DNA of 64,000 nt from Parcubacteria group bacterium (GTDB lineage Bacteria; Patescibacteriota; Minisyncoccia; Moranbacterales; GCA-2747515): assembly GCA_041660065.1 (NCBI GenBank), contig JBAZXC010000001.1:136535-200534 (forward strand), given 5' to 3'. A program made the position numbers and the translations under genes. Below the pieces are notes generated by a model, which was not told the origin of the DNA, did not search any database, and was given only the letters and a program-made list of their open reading frames with translations. Numbering within the stretch: position 1 is the stretch's first letter; every line of letters starts with the position of its first letter. Positions 21,534-30,844 of the stretch are shown piece after piece.

Positions 21534-22050
21534 CCCGCAAAAGGTGGCAGGCGCAATGACAAAGGCGAAGATCTCAGATATACTTTTTATAAAAAGGCGA
21601 ATGGCGATCGTTGGAGATATTGCGCGATCACGCAGGTGCGCTTACACTAAAGGGAGATAAATAATATGATGTATCTGTGAAAAAAGGCATACTAAAAATA
21701 ATTGTTTTTTTCTGTTATATATCTATCCGACAATCGCAACAAAAGAGCGGGCGCAAAAATTACTGTTGCTGTTGATGCAAGACGTATGACAAGCCGGTTT
21801 TTTATAACACGATATTCAACAATTGTACGAATGCGATTACACGACGCGTAGAGGATATTTCCGACGTTAAATTTCCGCTGACATATCGGATGCTTCTTCC
21901 GGGATTTGTCGATGAGATCCTCTATAAAGAGCAGTTGATTCCACATGACGGATCGTATGATCAGACCAAGGAAAACTATCGGGTAACGAATGATCGCATT
22001 GTGCCGAGTGATCCGGATTTTTCCACAATAATTCGTCAAGGGAAAAAGTA

Positions 22051-22356
22051 ATGATGCATGGAGTTGAAAATGATATATTGATGGGCATGGGTGTATTTTT
22101 TCTTGTGACGAATGCATTGGCATTTCTGATCATGGCGTGGGATAAAACGCGATCACGCAAACGCGGTGCTGAACGCATTTCGGAAGGCATGCTCTTTTTT
22201 ATGGCAACGATCTTTGGTAGTGTGGGTGTGTCTATCGGCATGTTTGTTTTGCGTCACAAAACGAAAAAATGGTATTTTATCATTGGTATCCCATTATTGA
22301 TCGTACAAAACTGCGCATTGCTTTACGTGGTGTATTTATGGATGAGTGGGAATTAG
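22051..22356 (+). CDS. DUF1294-family small membrane protein
   Basis: …AWDKTRSRKRGAERISEGMLFFMATIFGSVGVSIGMFVLRHKTKKWYFIIG… matches the DUF1294 signature (W.DK..A..G.RIPE…GGS.G….HKT.K.F). Confidence 0.75.
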   Translation: MMHGVENDILMGMGVFFLVTNALAFLIMAWDKTRSRKRGAERISEGMLFFMATIFGSVGVSIGMFVLRHKTKKWYFIIGIPLLIVQNCALLYVVYLWMSGN

Positions 22357-22434
22357 TGATTGTTTTATAATGAGGGATAAACGCGCTTTTCTATTTGCAA
22401 ACACTTCTCCTCGTTTTGCGTATATAGTAGCAGT

Positions 22435-23004
22435 ATGATACATAGCAATGAGAGCACCGACAAGGAGTTGGTGGAGGCGGCAAAGGCGGATCCGGATGCA
22501 TTTGCACGGATCGTAGATCGATATTGGCATCGGCTGTTTTGCTATACACGGCGATTGACATATTTTTCTCAGGAGGATATTGAGGATGTTTTGCAAGAAG
22601 TTTTTATCAAGGTGTATCGCTTTCTCAATGATTATGACGAATCATTCGCATTCTCCACGTGGATCTATCAGATCACGCGCAATACAGTGATCGATGAGAT
22701 CCGCAAAAAGAAATCACGACCACAGGCTGTACAACTTGATACGGAGGAAATGATGACAGTGCTGCGCTCCAGCATGGATGTTGAGAAGGAAGTGCATGTG
22801 AAAGAGTCAATGCATGATCTGCAAAAAGCGATCGACCAGGTCCCATTCAAATATCGTGAAATTCTCACATTGCGTTTTTTGGAGGAAAAGGATTATAACG
22901 AGATCATGGACATCATGCAAATCCCTAAAGGGACAGTAGCATCGCTTATCAATCGCGGCCGAAAGATATTTCTTGAAGAAGCACATAAATATGACATTAT
23001 ATAA
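22435..23004 (+). CDS. RNA polymerase sigma factor, ECF (sigma-70 region 2 and 4)
   Basis: Region 2 is …FIKVYRFLNDYDESFAFSTWIYQITRNTVIDEIRKK…. Region 4 is …YREILTLRFLEEKDYNEIMDIMQIPKGTVASLINRGRKIF…. Confidence 0.85.
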   Translation: MIHSNESTDKELVEAAKADPDAFARIVDRYWHRLFCYTRRLTYFSQEDIEDVLQEVFIKVYRFLNDYDESFAFSTWIYQITRNTVIDEIRKKKSRPQAVQLDTEEMMTVLRSSMDVEKEVHVKESMHDLQKAIDQVPFKYREILTLRFLEEKDYNEIMDIMQIPKGTVASLINRGRKIFLEEAHKYDII

Positions 23005-23013
23005 AGAACTGCT

Positions 23014-23802
23014 ATGAAAAAAGATTCTATAAAAAATATTATCAATACGATCAAAAATGATCATATTACACCAAAAACGATCTTTGCGATCAGGTGGAAG
23101 AGTTATGCTTTTTGGTTTGTGTGGGCATGCATTATGATCATTGGTGCGATCAGTTTTTCGTTGATGATCGTGAATGTATTGGATGTGCGTCCGGAATTTT
23201 TTCATCACTTGGGAATTGGCCGGTACATGCGCGTACTTTTTGTTACAGCGCCGTACTTGTGGTTATTCCTTGTACTTGTAGCGACCGTTTCCGGTTTTGC
23301 GGTTTTGCGCAAAACACATCGTGGTTATCGTCACAGCGTGCTTTTTTTTACAAGCATTAGTGTTTTGGCGATCATGTTTTTGGGTGCTGTAGTGCATATG
23401 GCAAAAATGAATGATCGTATTGGCAAGGGGATCGCGGACGGGGGTATGCCACGTGGTATGATATTTCCCGCAGAAGGGCGTTTGCAACGACCGGATCATG
23501 GACTGCTTGGCGGACGTGTTGCTACGGTGGCGGAAGACCATCTCGTGATCACAGGTTTTCGCGGGGAGCAATGGACAATTCTTTATGACGAAAATACGCA
23601 GATCGATTTGCCGTTTACGATCGCAGAAGGTGTAATGATCGAGATTGTGGGAGAAAAGATCGACGAAGGAAATTTCCGTGCAAAATTTATCAGACCGCTT
23701 CCTGAGCGCATGCCACGACCGTCTGAGGAGGGGCGAGATATGTCGAAAGAATCATTGAGATATCGAGACGATGATCCTATGCGTGGAAAAATCATGCCAT
23801 GA
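23014..23802 (+). CDS. Membrane protein co-transcribed with the ECF sigma factor (possible anti-sigma factor)
   Basis: Starts 10 nt after the sigma-factor stop. Several N-terminal TM helices and a C-terminal soluble domain. Assignment is by context only. Confidence 0.35.
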   Translation: MKKDSIKNIINTIKNDHITPKTIFAIRWKSYAFWFVWACIMIIGAISFSLMIVNVLDVRPEFFHHLGIGRYMRVLFVTAPYLWLFLVLVATVSGFAVLRKTHRGYRHSVLFFTSISVLAIMFLGAVVHMAKMNDRIGKGIADGGMPRGMIFPAEGRLQRPDHGLLGGRVATVAEDHLVITGFRGEQWTILYDENTQIDLPFTIAEGVMIEIVGEKIDEGNFRAKFIRPLPERMPRPSEEGRDMSKESLRYRDDDPMRGKIMP

Positions 23803-23928
23803 TCACAGCAAAGTGATGGGTGTCGTTTCGGCAAAATAGCAATCACATGCGCAAACTATTGCTAAAATGTCCCGTATATTTTTGTACCGACTGGTAGCAA
23901 ATATAATCATTTATAAATAAAAAAGATC

Positions 23929-24330
23929 ATGCAAAGAAAAAAGATCGTTATAGGAGCGTCAATTATAACAGTGTTTTGTGTTGTTGTGTTGAGTGGATGT
24001 GCAAAGAAAAACACAGAGCCGACACAAATACAAAATATGGCGCAAAATCAGAACACACAATCATCGCAAAATGGCGTGGTACAAAAGGACGATGATGGTA
24101 AGGGTGGCAAAAAACCGGCAATGCCGGCAGAAGCGATCGCTGTGTGTGCAGATAAGTCTGTGGGAGACACTTGCACGGTGGAAATGATCGGTCCGGAAAA
24201 TTCTACGACGACGATGAGTGGCGCGTGTCAGGCGCAACCGGATAATACTGAAGAATTGGCATGCATGTCACAAAATATGCAAGGCGGTCCGCAAAGAGGA
24301 CATGGTCCCTCTGGTGATGTGTCAGAGTAG
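23929..24330 (+). CDS. Putative lipoprotein
   Basis: Signal peptide with lipobox VLSGC. Low-complexity Q/N-rich mature region. Confidence 0.5.
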   Translation: MQRKKIVIGASIITVFCVVVLSGCAKKNTEPTQIQNMAQNQNTQSSQNGVVQKDDDGKGGKKPAMPAEAIAVCADKSVGDTCTVEMIGPENSTTTMSGACQAQPDNTEELACMSQNMQGGPQRGHGPSGDVSE

Positions 24331-24453
24331 TATCCGCATAGATTATAATGAACAAATGGAGGCTCATGTCCGGGCGGAAGCAGGATATGGGCCTTTTTGG
24401 TGTAAAAAAAGCAATAAAATAAGAGAAGGGAAAATATCCCGGGGTATTCTTCT

Positions 24454-26112
24454 TTGAGCGAAATCTTGACAATTGTTCAAAAAAGTGCTATAATAGACGG
24501 TTATAACTTTTTAGCAACAATTATGAGCAACACTATATATATTATAAATAAAGCTAAAAAGGGTCTTTTTTTGGCAATAATCATTGCTACAGGCTTTTTT
24601 GTTGCAGGATTTCATCCATCGATCGCTTATGCGCAGACGGTGAATTTTGGAAATGACGGGAAAATGTTCGCTCCAAACTGCCACTGTAATGAAGATGTTT
24701 CTCCATATCATCTTGCAACATGGTGTGGCGCAACCAGTTCCACATGCAATGGCCAATCCGGCACATATACAACCAATGTTGAAAGTGGGGATTATGGTGT
24801 CACGGTAAATCTCGGCAGTTTATCTGATTTTCAGCGATATGAAGAAGTGATCATCAATATCAATGGTCGGGATTTTGCAATTGCTGATCTCGGCGGCAAT
24901 GGTTCTTCGACCGGGAGTGCGCGTCATTCTTTGGGAAATATGCATCTCTCTGGAAGAATTACGGTGAGTGCACGACACAAATATGCAAATACTTTTACAG
25001 GGGGATGGTATTCTGATATGGCAACGCGATTTGGTTCAGGATCGGCGTTGGAGAGTGTTGAGATCGTATCAGTTGTTTTTGATCGTATTGCACCGCCTGC
25101 TCCACCAGAGCCAATTTGTGGTGCGGCACATGATCAATCATTTAGCAGTGCGCCGACGACAGGATTGTGTGGTGTTGGTACAGCATCAGTCGTTGCACAC
25201 ACAAATGATCGTTGGACATGGACGTGCACAAGCGGAGAACATGTGGTTAATTGTTCCGCAGCAGAAGCACGTGTCTCTATAGGCATTGTAAAAAGAAATG
25301 GTGACAATAGCGGTGATACACAGACGATTACATCCGGCGGTAGGGCAACGTTCACTATTACAGTGACAAATACCGGTGAAGATAATTTGACAGATATTGT
25401 CATAGCGGATGCAGAGGCGTCACAGTGTGATCGCACAGCACAACAAACGCATGAATTGTATAGCGGTGATCTTTTTGATCCGCAGGAGAGTTTTACATAT
25501 ACGTGTGTAGACGAAAATGTACAAGCGGGTTATACAAATGTTGCGTATGTAACGGGACGTGTGGCAACAAGTTCACAAACAGTAACTGCACATGACGATA
25601 GTCGTGTGAGTCTTGCATCCGATCCTGCGGACCCTGTTGAGCCGGATGACCCGGAGGATGAGGATGACTGCGATGGGGCAATTGGAAATGACGTATGGCA
25701 TGATCGCAACAAAAACGGCATACAAGACGCAGGCGAAGAAGGGATCGCTGATGTGCGATTGAAACTTTATAATGGCGATGATATAGAAAAGGACACGACA
25801 AATTCTCTTGGACATTATAAATTCAAAGATCTCTGTGAAGGATCATATCGCGTTGTGGTTGCAGAAGAAACACTGCCAGCCGGTTGTTATCAAACGTATG
25901 ACAAGGATGGCGTGTTGGATAATGCGTCAAAAACTAGCATCAAAAATGATGAATATAACCGCAAAATCGATTTCGGATATTATTGTCCAAGCACGAAATC
26001 TTTTACTGTATCACCGCAAACCGGTTCTGGCGTGTGGGTATGGGTAATATCGATCATTGGTGCATGTATTGTCGCTGTGGTGGTATATCGTAGAAAATTG
26101 ATTGCAAAATAA
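24454..26112 (+). CDS. Cell-surface protein with DUF11/CARDB-like repeat and SdrD-B-like domain, C-terminal TM anchor
   Basis: The probable start is ATG at 24523 (signal peptide MSNTIYIINKAKKGLFLAIIIATGFFVAGFHPSIAYA). DUF11-like repeat: …TFTITVTNTGEDNLTDIVIAD…. SdrD-B-like region: GNDVWHDRNKNGIQDAGEEGIADVRLKLYNGDD…GHYKFKDLCEGSYRVVV. C-terminal hydrophobic anchor followed by RRK. Confidence 0.6.
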   Translation: MSEILTIVQKSAIIDGYNFLATIMSNTIYIINKAKKGLFLAIIIATGFFVAGFHPSIAYAQTVNFGNDGKMFAPNCHCNEDVSPYHLATWCGATSSTCNGQSGTYTTNVESGDYGVTVNLGSLSDFQRYEEVIININGRDFAIADLGGNGSSTGSARHSLGNMHLSGRITVSARHKYANTFTGGWYSDMATRFGSGSALESVEIVSVVFDRIAPPAPPEPICGAAHDQSFSSAPTTGLCGVGTASVVAHTNDRWTWTCTSGEHVVNCSAAEARVSIGIVKRNGDNSGDTQTITSGGRATFTITVTNTGEDNLTDIVIADAEASQCDRTAQQTHELYSGDLFDPQESFTYTCVDENVQAGYTNVAYVTGRVATSSQTVTAHDDSRVSLASDPADPVEPDDPEDEDDCDGAIGNDVWHDRNKNGIQDAGEEGIADVRLKLYNGDDIEKDTTNSLGHYKFKDLCEGSYRVVVAEETLPAGCYQTYDKDGVLDNASKTSIKNDEYNRKIDFGYYCPSTKSFTVSPQTGSGVWVWVISIIGACIVAVVVYRRKLIAK

Positions 26113-26187
26113 AAATCTCGTCTGTTGTTATTGACAAAAAGAACGTCGCATGGTAGATTATGATATTGTTTTCATGGAGTAAATACG

Positions 26188-26772
26188 GTGAAAAACGTGT
26201 TTTTCCATGAGCAATATTATTTGTTAGTATATGCATATATGCAAAGAATGCACATGATAGTCGCAATTTGTGCCGTAGTGATCGGCATGGGAATTGCAAC
26301 ACAAGTTCACGCAGCAACGATTGGTAATACCGTATGGAACGATCGTAATGGTAATCACGTTCAAGATCCCGGTGAAGAGGGAATCGCGGGCGTTCGTATC
26401 AAATTATATCATGGTGATGATGTGGATACGGATCGCACAAATTCTCACGGACGATATGAATTTGATGATCTTGAGCCGGGACATTATACGGTTGTCGTTG
26501 CACAGGAGACGCTTCCGCGAGGGTGTCGAGCGACATATGATCGTGACGGAAACAAAAATGGAACATACAGTGATAAATATCTCCAAGAGGATGATAATTT
26601 CACACATGCAGACTTCGGTTATCAATGTACAAATACTGTCGCATATGTGCGTCGTGTTTCTCCTGTGACGGGTCCCGGCATGGTATCGGTAATTATTGCC
26701 ACAGCTGTAGCGATTGCCGCCGGTATGTATATGTATCGACGTTATACGATCAAAAAACTTTTGCAAAAATAA
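26188..26772 (+). CDS. Small cell-surface protein with SdrD-B-like domain and C-terminal TM anchor (paralog of the C-terminal part of the preceding gene)
   Basis: GNTVWNDRNGNHVQDPGEEGIAGVRIKLYHGDD…GRYEFDDLEPGHYTVVV. The signal peptide probably starts at the internal Met (MHMIVAICAVVIGMGIATQVHA). Confidence 0.6.
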   Translation: MKNVFFHEQYYLLVYAYMQRMHMIVAICAVVIGMGIATQVHAATIGNTVWNDRNGNHVQDPGEEGIAGVRIKLYHGDDVDTDRTNSHGRYEFDDLEPGHYTVVVAQETLPRGCRATYDRDGNKNGTYSDKYLQEDDNFTHADFGYQCTNTVAYVRRVSPVTGPGMVSVIIATAVAIAAGMYMYRRYTIKKLLQK

Positions 26773-26907
26773 GTCACCCTCATTGAAAAAAATGATGATG
26801 TGAAAGACAAAAAAAGACCTTATGATCATCAAGTGTACATAAGGTCTTTTTTGTGGCAGAGAGACTGCTTATGGTGTATAATTGGCATAGCGTGTTCGTT
26901 TGTAGAA

Positions 26908-27272
26908 TTGGAAGATCATCAGGTGACAGCTCTACGGAGAGGAAAGTCCGGACACCTCGTGTCTTTATTGACACGTATAAATGGTAGCGGGTAACGCCCG
27001 TCCAGAGTGATCTGCGAGGTGCGAACAGGAACGGTTTTTTCGCGAGAAAAAACCATCCCGCATGTATATGCGGGATGATGCCCTATGGCAACATGGGGAG
27101 TGAAACGGCTAAATCCTTACTCAGGTGCAAGATCGTGTCACGCACCCCAAAATAGTGAAAATGTTTACTATTTTGGGGTGCGTGAAGAATCGCAAAGATG
27201 TTTATGGCAACATAAACACAAGACAGATTGTCATCCCAATGACAGAATCCGGCTTATCGATGATCTTCCAAT
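26908..27272 (+). ncRNA. rnpB: RNase P RNA (bacterial type A)
   Basis: P4 5' strand GGAGAGGAAAGTCCGGACACC. GGTAACGCC (P10/11). GNRA-capped helices. P4 3' strand ACAGAATCCGGCTTATCG. P1 is formed by GGAAGATCAT (26909-26918) pairing with ATGATCTTCC (27260-27269). Two track ORFs (26800..26994, 27085..27279) overlap it and are spurious. Confidence 0.85.
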
Positions 27273-27317
27273 TATATAAGTGAACCAGATATGTATTTAA
27301 TGTACAGATAAAAAAAT

Positions 27318-28742
27318 ATGAAAAAATCAGAATTATTCTTCAGTGCGTTGCAGGTGATCGCAGATTTCTTTCTTGTGATCCTTGGTGCGCTGCTGGCATA
27401 TAAGTTGCGTGATACGGCGCAAATTCAAAGCTTGATCAACAAAGAGGGTCTCTATAATGTTTCATTTGAACAATATATAAATTTTACAATTCTCATCGCG
27501 ATTGTTGCTGTTGTTGTCTATGCGTTTGAGGGATTGTATAATGTGCGCTCGACACGTCGCTTCTGGCAAGAATCATACTCCATTTTCAAGGGGTCGACGA
27601 TTGTTGTTGTGTTGGTGATGATCGGTTTCTTTCTACAGCGAGAGTGGTTTTCGTCTCGTTTTATCATTGTTGCCGCGTGGGGATTGGTAATTCTTGCGGT
27701 TTCTCTTGGCCGTGTATTTCTGCATGGGGTGCAAAAATATCTTTTGGTGTACAAAGGCGTTGGCGTACATCGCGTTTTACTTGTCGGAGCCAGCGAGAAA
27801 ATGAAGTATATTTGTCGCATGATCCGTACGCAGAAACATTTGGGTTATAGTATTGTCGATCATGTGGATTATATCAACCTTCCGCAGATCAAGGATATTT
27901 ACAAAACACAGGGCATTGATGAGATCATCGTGCATGAGTCATCATTGCCGGATGATCTATTGATCAAATTGCACGACTTCTGCGAGATCAATAATATTAC
28001 GTATAAGCATATCCCGTCATCACTGCAGACGACGCGTTTTGAGATGATGATGTTTGTGGGTGAGCCACTGATCGAGCATTTGCATACGCCGTTGGATGGA
28101 TGGGGCAAGATCACAAAACGTATTATGGATGTGATTTTGTCGAGTATCTTGATCATATGTACTAGTCCAATCATGCTTGTCGTTGCCATACTTATAAAAT
28201 TAGAGAATATTCATGCGCCGATCGTATTTAAAAATGCACGCATTGGTGCTGATGGCAAAGAATTCAATGTGTATAAATTTCGTTATTTCCAGTGGAAGTT
28301 TTGTACAACAAAATTAAATCCAGAGTGGAAAGAGGCGATGGAGTATGAAAAAAAGTTGATCGCAGAACAATCAATTCGTGTTGGCCCGATTTACAAGATC
28401 AAAGACGATCCCAGAAAATCATGGATCGGGAAATTTCTTGAGAGATTTTCCATCGATGAATTCCCACAATTTTTTAATGTGTTTTTTGGTGATATGAGTT
28501 TGGTGGGTCCACGACCGCATCAAGGACGAGAAGTGGAAAAATACCGTGAGTATCATCGTCGCCTCCTTACGATCAAGCCGGGAATTACCGGCATGGCGCA
28601 GATTTCCGGACGGAGTGATTTGAATTTTGAGGATGAATATCGACTGGATGTCTATTATATTGAAAACTGGTCAATTCTCCTGGATTTAAAGATTATTTTA
28701 AAAACGCCACTTGCCGTTTTGCGTTCACGAAACAATTCATAG
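27318..28742 (+). CDS. Polyprenyl-phosphate sugar phosphotransferase (WbaP/CpsE-like bacterial sugar transferase)
   Basis: N-terminal TM helices. The C-terminal Bac_transf domain reads …DEFPQFFNVFFGDMSLVGPRP…. Confidence 0.85.
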   Translation: MKKSELFFSALQVIADFFLVILGALLAYKLRDTAQIQSLINKEGLYNVSFEQYINFTILIAIVAVVVYAFEGLYNVRSTRRFWQESYSIFKGSTIVVVLVMIGFFLQREWFSSRFIIVAAWGLVILAVSLGRVFLHGVQKYLLVYKGVGVHRVLLVGASEKMKYICRMIRTQKHLGYSIVDHVDYINLPQIKDIYKTQGIDEIIVHESSLPDDLLIKLHDFCEINNITYKHIPSSLQTTRFEMMMFVGEPLIEHLHTPLDGWGKITKRIMDVILSSILIICTSPIMLVVAILIKLENIHAPIVFKNARIGADGKEFNVYKFRYFQWKFCTTKLNPEWKEAMEYEKKLIAEQSIRVGPIYKIKDDPRKSWIGKFLERFSIDEFPQFFNVFFGDMSLVGPRPHQGREVEKYREYHRRLLTIKPGITGMAQISGRSDLNFEDEYRLDVYYIENWSILLDLKIILKTPLAVLRSRNNS

Positions 28743-28779
28743 TATAATAGAAGCGAAGGTAATTTTTGAATAGAAAACT

Positions 28780-29130
28780 ATGAAGTTTATCATAAAATTG
28801 TGCGCAGTTGCTGCGGCGCTTCTTCTTGCAGCGCGGTATGTTGATGGTATAACGATCGAAAACTTTTGGCCGTCTGCAGTTCTGGCTGCAGTGATCTTCG
28901 GTGTGTTGAACGCAGTGGTGAAGCCTGTAGTAAAATTATTTGCACTGCCGGTATCGATTTTGACATTGGGTGTTTTTTCTCTTGTGATCAATGTGGTGAT
29001 CTTTTGGTTGATCACATTTGTACCCGGTGTAACAATTAGCGGTTTTATGCCGGCATTATGGGGTTTGATCATTGTGTCTGTTGTTGCATGGATTGTCGAT
29101 CTGATATTTAGCAATAAAGATAATTCATGA
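28780..29130 (+). CDS. YvlD/DUF360 (phage-holin-4_2 family) small membrane protein
   Basis: Four TM helices with the characteristic pattern …FWPSAVLAAVIFGVLNAVVKPVVKLFALPVSILTLGVF…, similar to B. subtilis YvlD. Confidence 0.55.
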   Translation: MKFIIKLCAVAAALLLAARYVDGITIENFWPSAVLAAVIFGVLNAVVKPVVKLFALPVSILTLGVFSLVINVVIFWLITFVPGVTISGFMPALWGLIIVSVVAWIVDLIFSNKDNS

Positions 29131-30272
29131 AGATCGCATTGGTGCATGATTATCTCGTCCAGCATGGTGGCGCGGAAAAAGTGTTGGAATGTTTTTGTGA
29201 GTTGTATCCTACGGCACCCATTTACACACTGATCTATGATCGGGATGCGATGGGTGAGACGTTTGCGCATCGTAAAATCTACACATCACGATTGCAAAAA
29301 ATACCATTTGCCCAAAAAAAACACCGTATCTTTCCACTTCTTATGCCGGCGGCGATCGAAGAGTTTGATCTGTCGCAATATGATATTGTCCTCTCTGACT
29401 CCTCGAGCTTTGCAAAAGGTGTTTTGACACAGCCAAAGACACTTCATATTTCTTATGTGCATACGCCGATGCGTTACGCATGGGATGACTGTCAAAAATA
29501 CACCGCAGACTTCGGTTTTCCGAAGATGATTGAAAGAGTTGTACCGTTCATGATGAATTTTGTGCGTGTATGGGATCGTGTGAGCAGTGATCGGGTTGAT
29601 CGATACATTGCCAATTCCACGTTTGTGTCGCGGCGGATCAAAAAATATTATAATAAGGATACAATTGTGATCAACCCCCCGGTGGATACAAAGAATTTTT
29701 ATATTGATAAATCGAGATCACATGATGAATATTATCTGATGGTAGGGAGATTGATCGCATATAAAAGACATGATATCGCGATCGAGGCTTTCAATCGCTT
29801 AGGTTTGCCGCTCAAAATTATCGGACGTGGACCGGAATTGGCAAATTTAAAAAAGAACGCAGGTAAAAATATTGAGTTTTTGGAACGAGTGAATGACAAA
29901 GAGCTTGCGCGATATTACGCACAAGCCAAAGCGTTTATTTTCCCCCAAGAAGAGGATTTCGGCATTGTTGCAATTGAGGCGATGGCATCGGGGCGGCCGA
30001 TCATTGCGTATCGGGGTGGCGATATTGTTGAACATTTGGAGAGCGGTAAAATGGGTATATTTTTTGATCAACAAACGCCGGAAGCATTGATCGATGCGAT
30101 CAAAAAATTTGATGTAGCTGTCTTTGATGAAAATATCATCCGACAACATGCGTTGCGATTTGACAGAGAGATATTTAAGCGTACAATAAAGGACTACATT
30201 GATAAAGAATATACGAATCATATGAGAGATCGAGAATATTTATCTGTAAAATCTTTCCATGGAATTCAATAA
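29127..30272 (+). CDS. Glycosyltransferase family 4 (GT-B)
   Basis: MKIALVHDYLVQHGGAEKV…. C-terminal …GFVFPQEEDFGIVAIEAMASGRPIIA… is the GT4 E-x7-E region. Confidence 0.85.
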   Translation: MKIALVHDYLVQHGGAEKVLECFCELYPTAPIYTLIYDRDAMGETFAHRKIYTSRLQKIPFAQKKHRIFPLLMPAAIEEFDLSQYDIVLSDSSSFAKGVLTQPKTLHISYVHTPMRYAWDDCQKYTADFGFPKMIERVVPFMMNFVRVWDRVSSDRVDRYIANSTFVSRRIKKYYNKDTIVINPPVDTKNFYIDKSRSHDEYYLMVGRLIAYKRHDIAIEAFNRLGLPLKIIGRGPELANLKKNAGKNIEFLERVNDKELARYYAQAKAFIFPQEEDFGIVAIEAMASGRPIIAYRGGDIVEHLESGKMGIFFDQQTPEALIDAIKKFDVAVFDENIIRQHALRFDREIFKRTIKDYIDKEYTNHMRDREYLSVKSFHGIQ

Positions 30273-30840
30273 ATTTTTTGATATTTTTTGTGTATATAAA
30301 GCGTTGTTTTGGAGCATTGTTTTGTTGAGCGTTGTGTGTGGCGCTTTCTATTTTTTGTTGCAAAAACAAACGTTTAAAAGTTCGCTCATTATCAATGTGA
30401 CGCGAGATGCGGCAAAGAGTCAAAATGTTTACACGTATGATGATTTTTATCGGTTGCAAGCTGATGAACGTTTTGCGGATACGGTCGTGCAATGGATCAT
30501 ATCTCCGCAAATGAGAGAGGAAACCAAAAATGTATCCGGGAAACTGACGGCAAAAAGACGGTCTTCCCAAGTGATCGAGGTATCATTTAGCACAAAAACG
30601 ATGCGCGATGCCCAAACGGTTGCAGAAGATATTGTCACGGCACTCAATGATAAATCTAAAAAACTTAATGAAAAACAGGGGCAAGATCACTGGTTTATCA
30701 TCCAAGGAAATCCTCCAACAGTTGTCGATGGAACACGATCGCTGTTCTTTTTGATCGGGTTATGTGGCATGATCGGTTTTTTTACTGCTTTTTGGAGTGT
30801 TTTGATCCGCCATTATTTTGGGAATCCCACACATTTGTGA
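30259..30840 (+). CDS. Wzz/Cap-like polysaccharide chain-length determinant domain protein
   Basis: TM, then a ~130-aa exposed domain (…YRLQADERFADTVVQWIISP…QVIEVSFST…AQTVAEDIVTALNDK…), then a second TM. This matches Wzz topology. Sequence similarity is weak. Confidence 0.4.
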   Translation: MEFNKFFDIFCVYKALFWSIVLLSVVCGAFYFLLQKQTFKSSLIINVTRDAAKSQNVYTYDDFYRLQADERFADTVVQWIISPQMREETKNVSGKLTAKRRSSQVIEVSFSTKTMRDAQTVAEDIVTALNDKSKKLNEKQGQDHWFIIQGNPPTVVDGTRSLFFLIGLCGMIGFFTAFWSVLIRHYFGNPTHL

Positions 30841-30844
30841 TCAT

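Noticed and set aside
21133-21660. ORF 21133..21660 (+), 175 aa
   Set aside because: It starts inside ORF 20694..21344 in another frame. It runs through that gene's terminator and the 70-bp hairpin repeat. It has no RBS and low-complexity basic composition. I treat it as non-coding.
21692-22241. Minus-strand ORFs 21692..22123 and 21867..22241 in the gap before the DUF1294 gene
   Set aside because: They overlap each other and the well-supported DUF1294 gene. They have odd His/Cys-rich composition and no RBS. The region 21660-22050 is more likely a long non-coding or promoter region. I could not assign an RNA family to it either.
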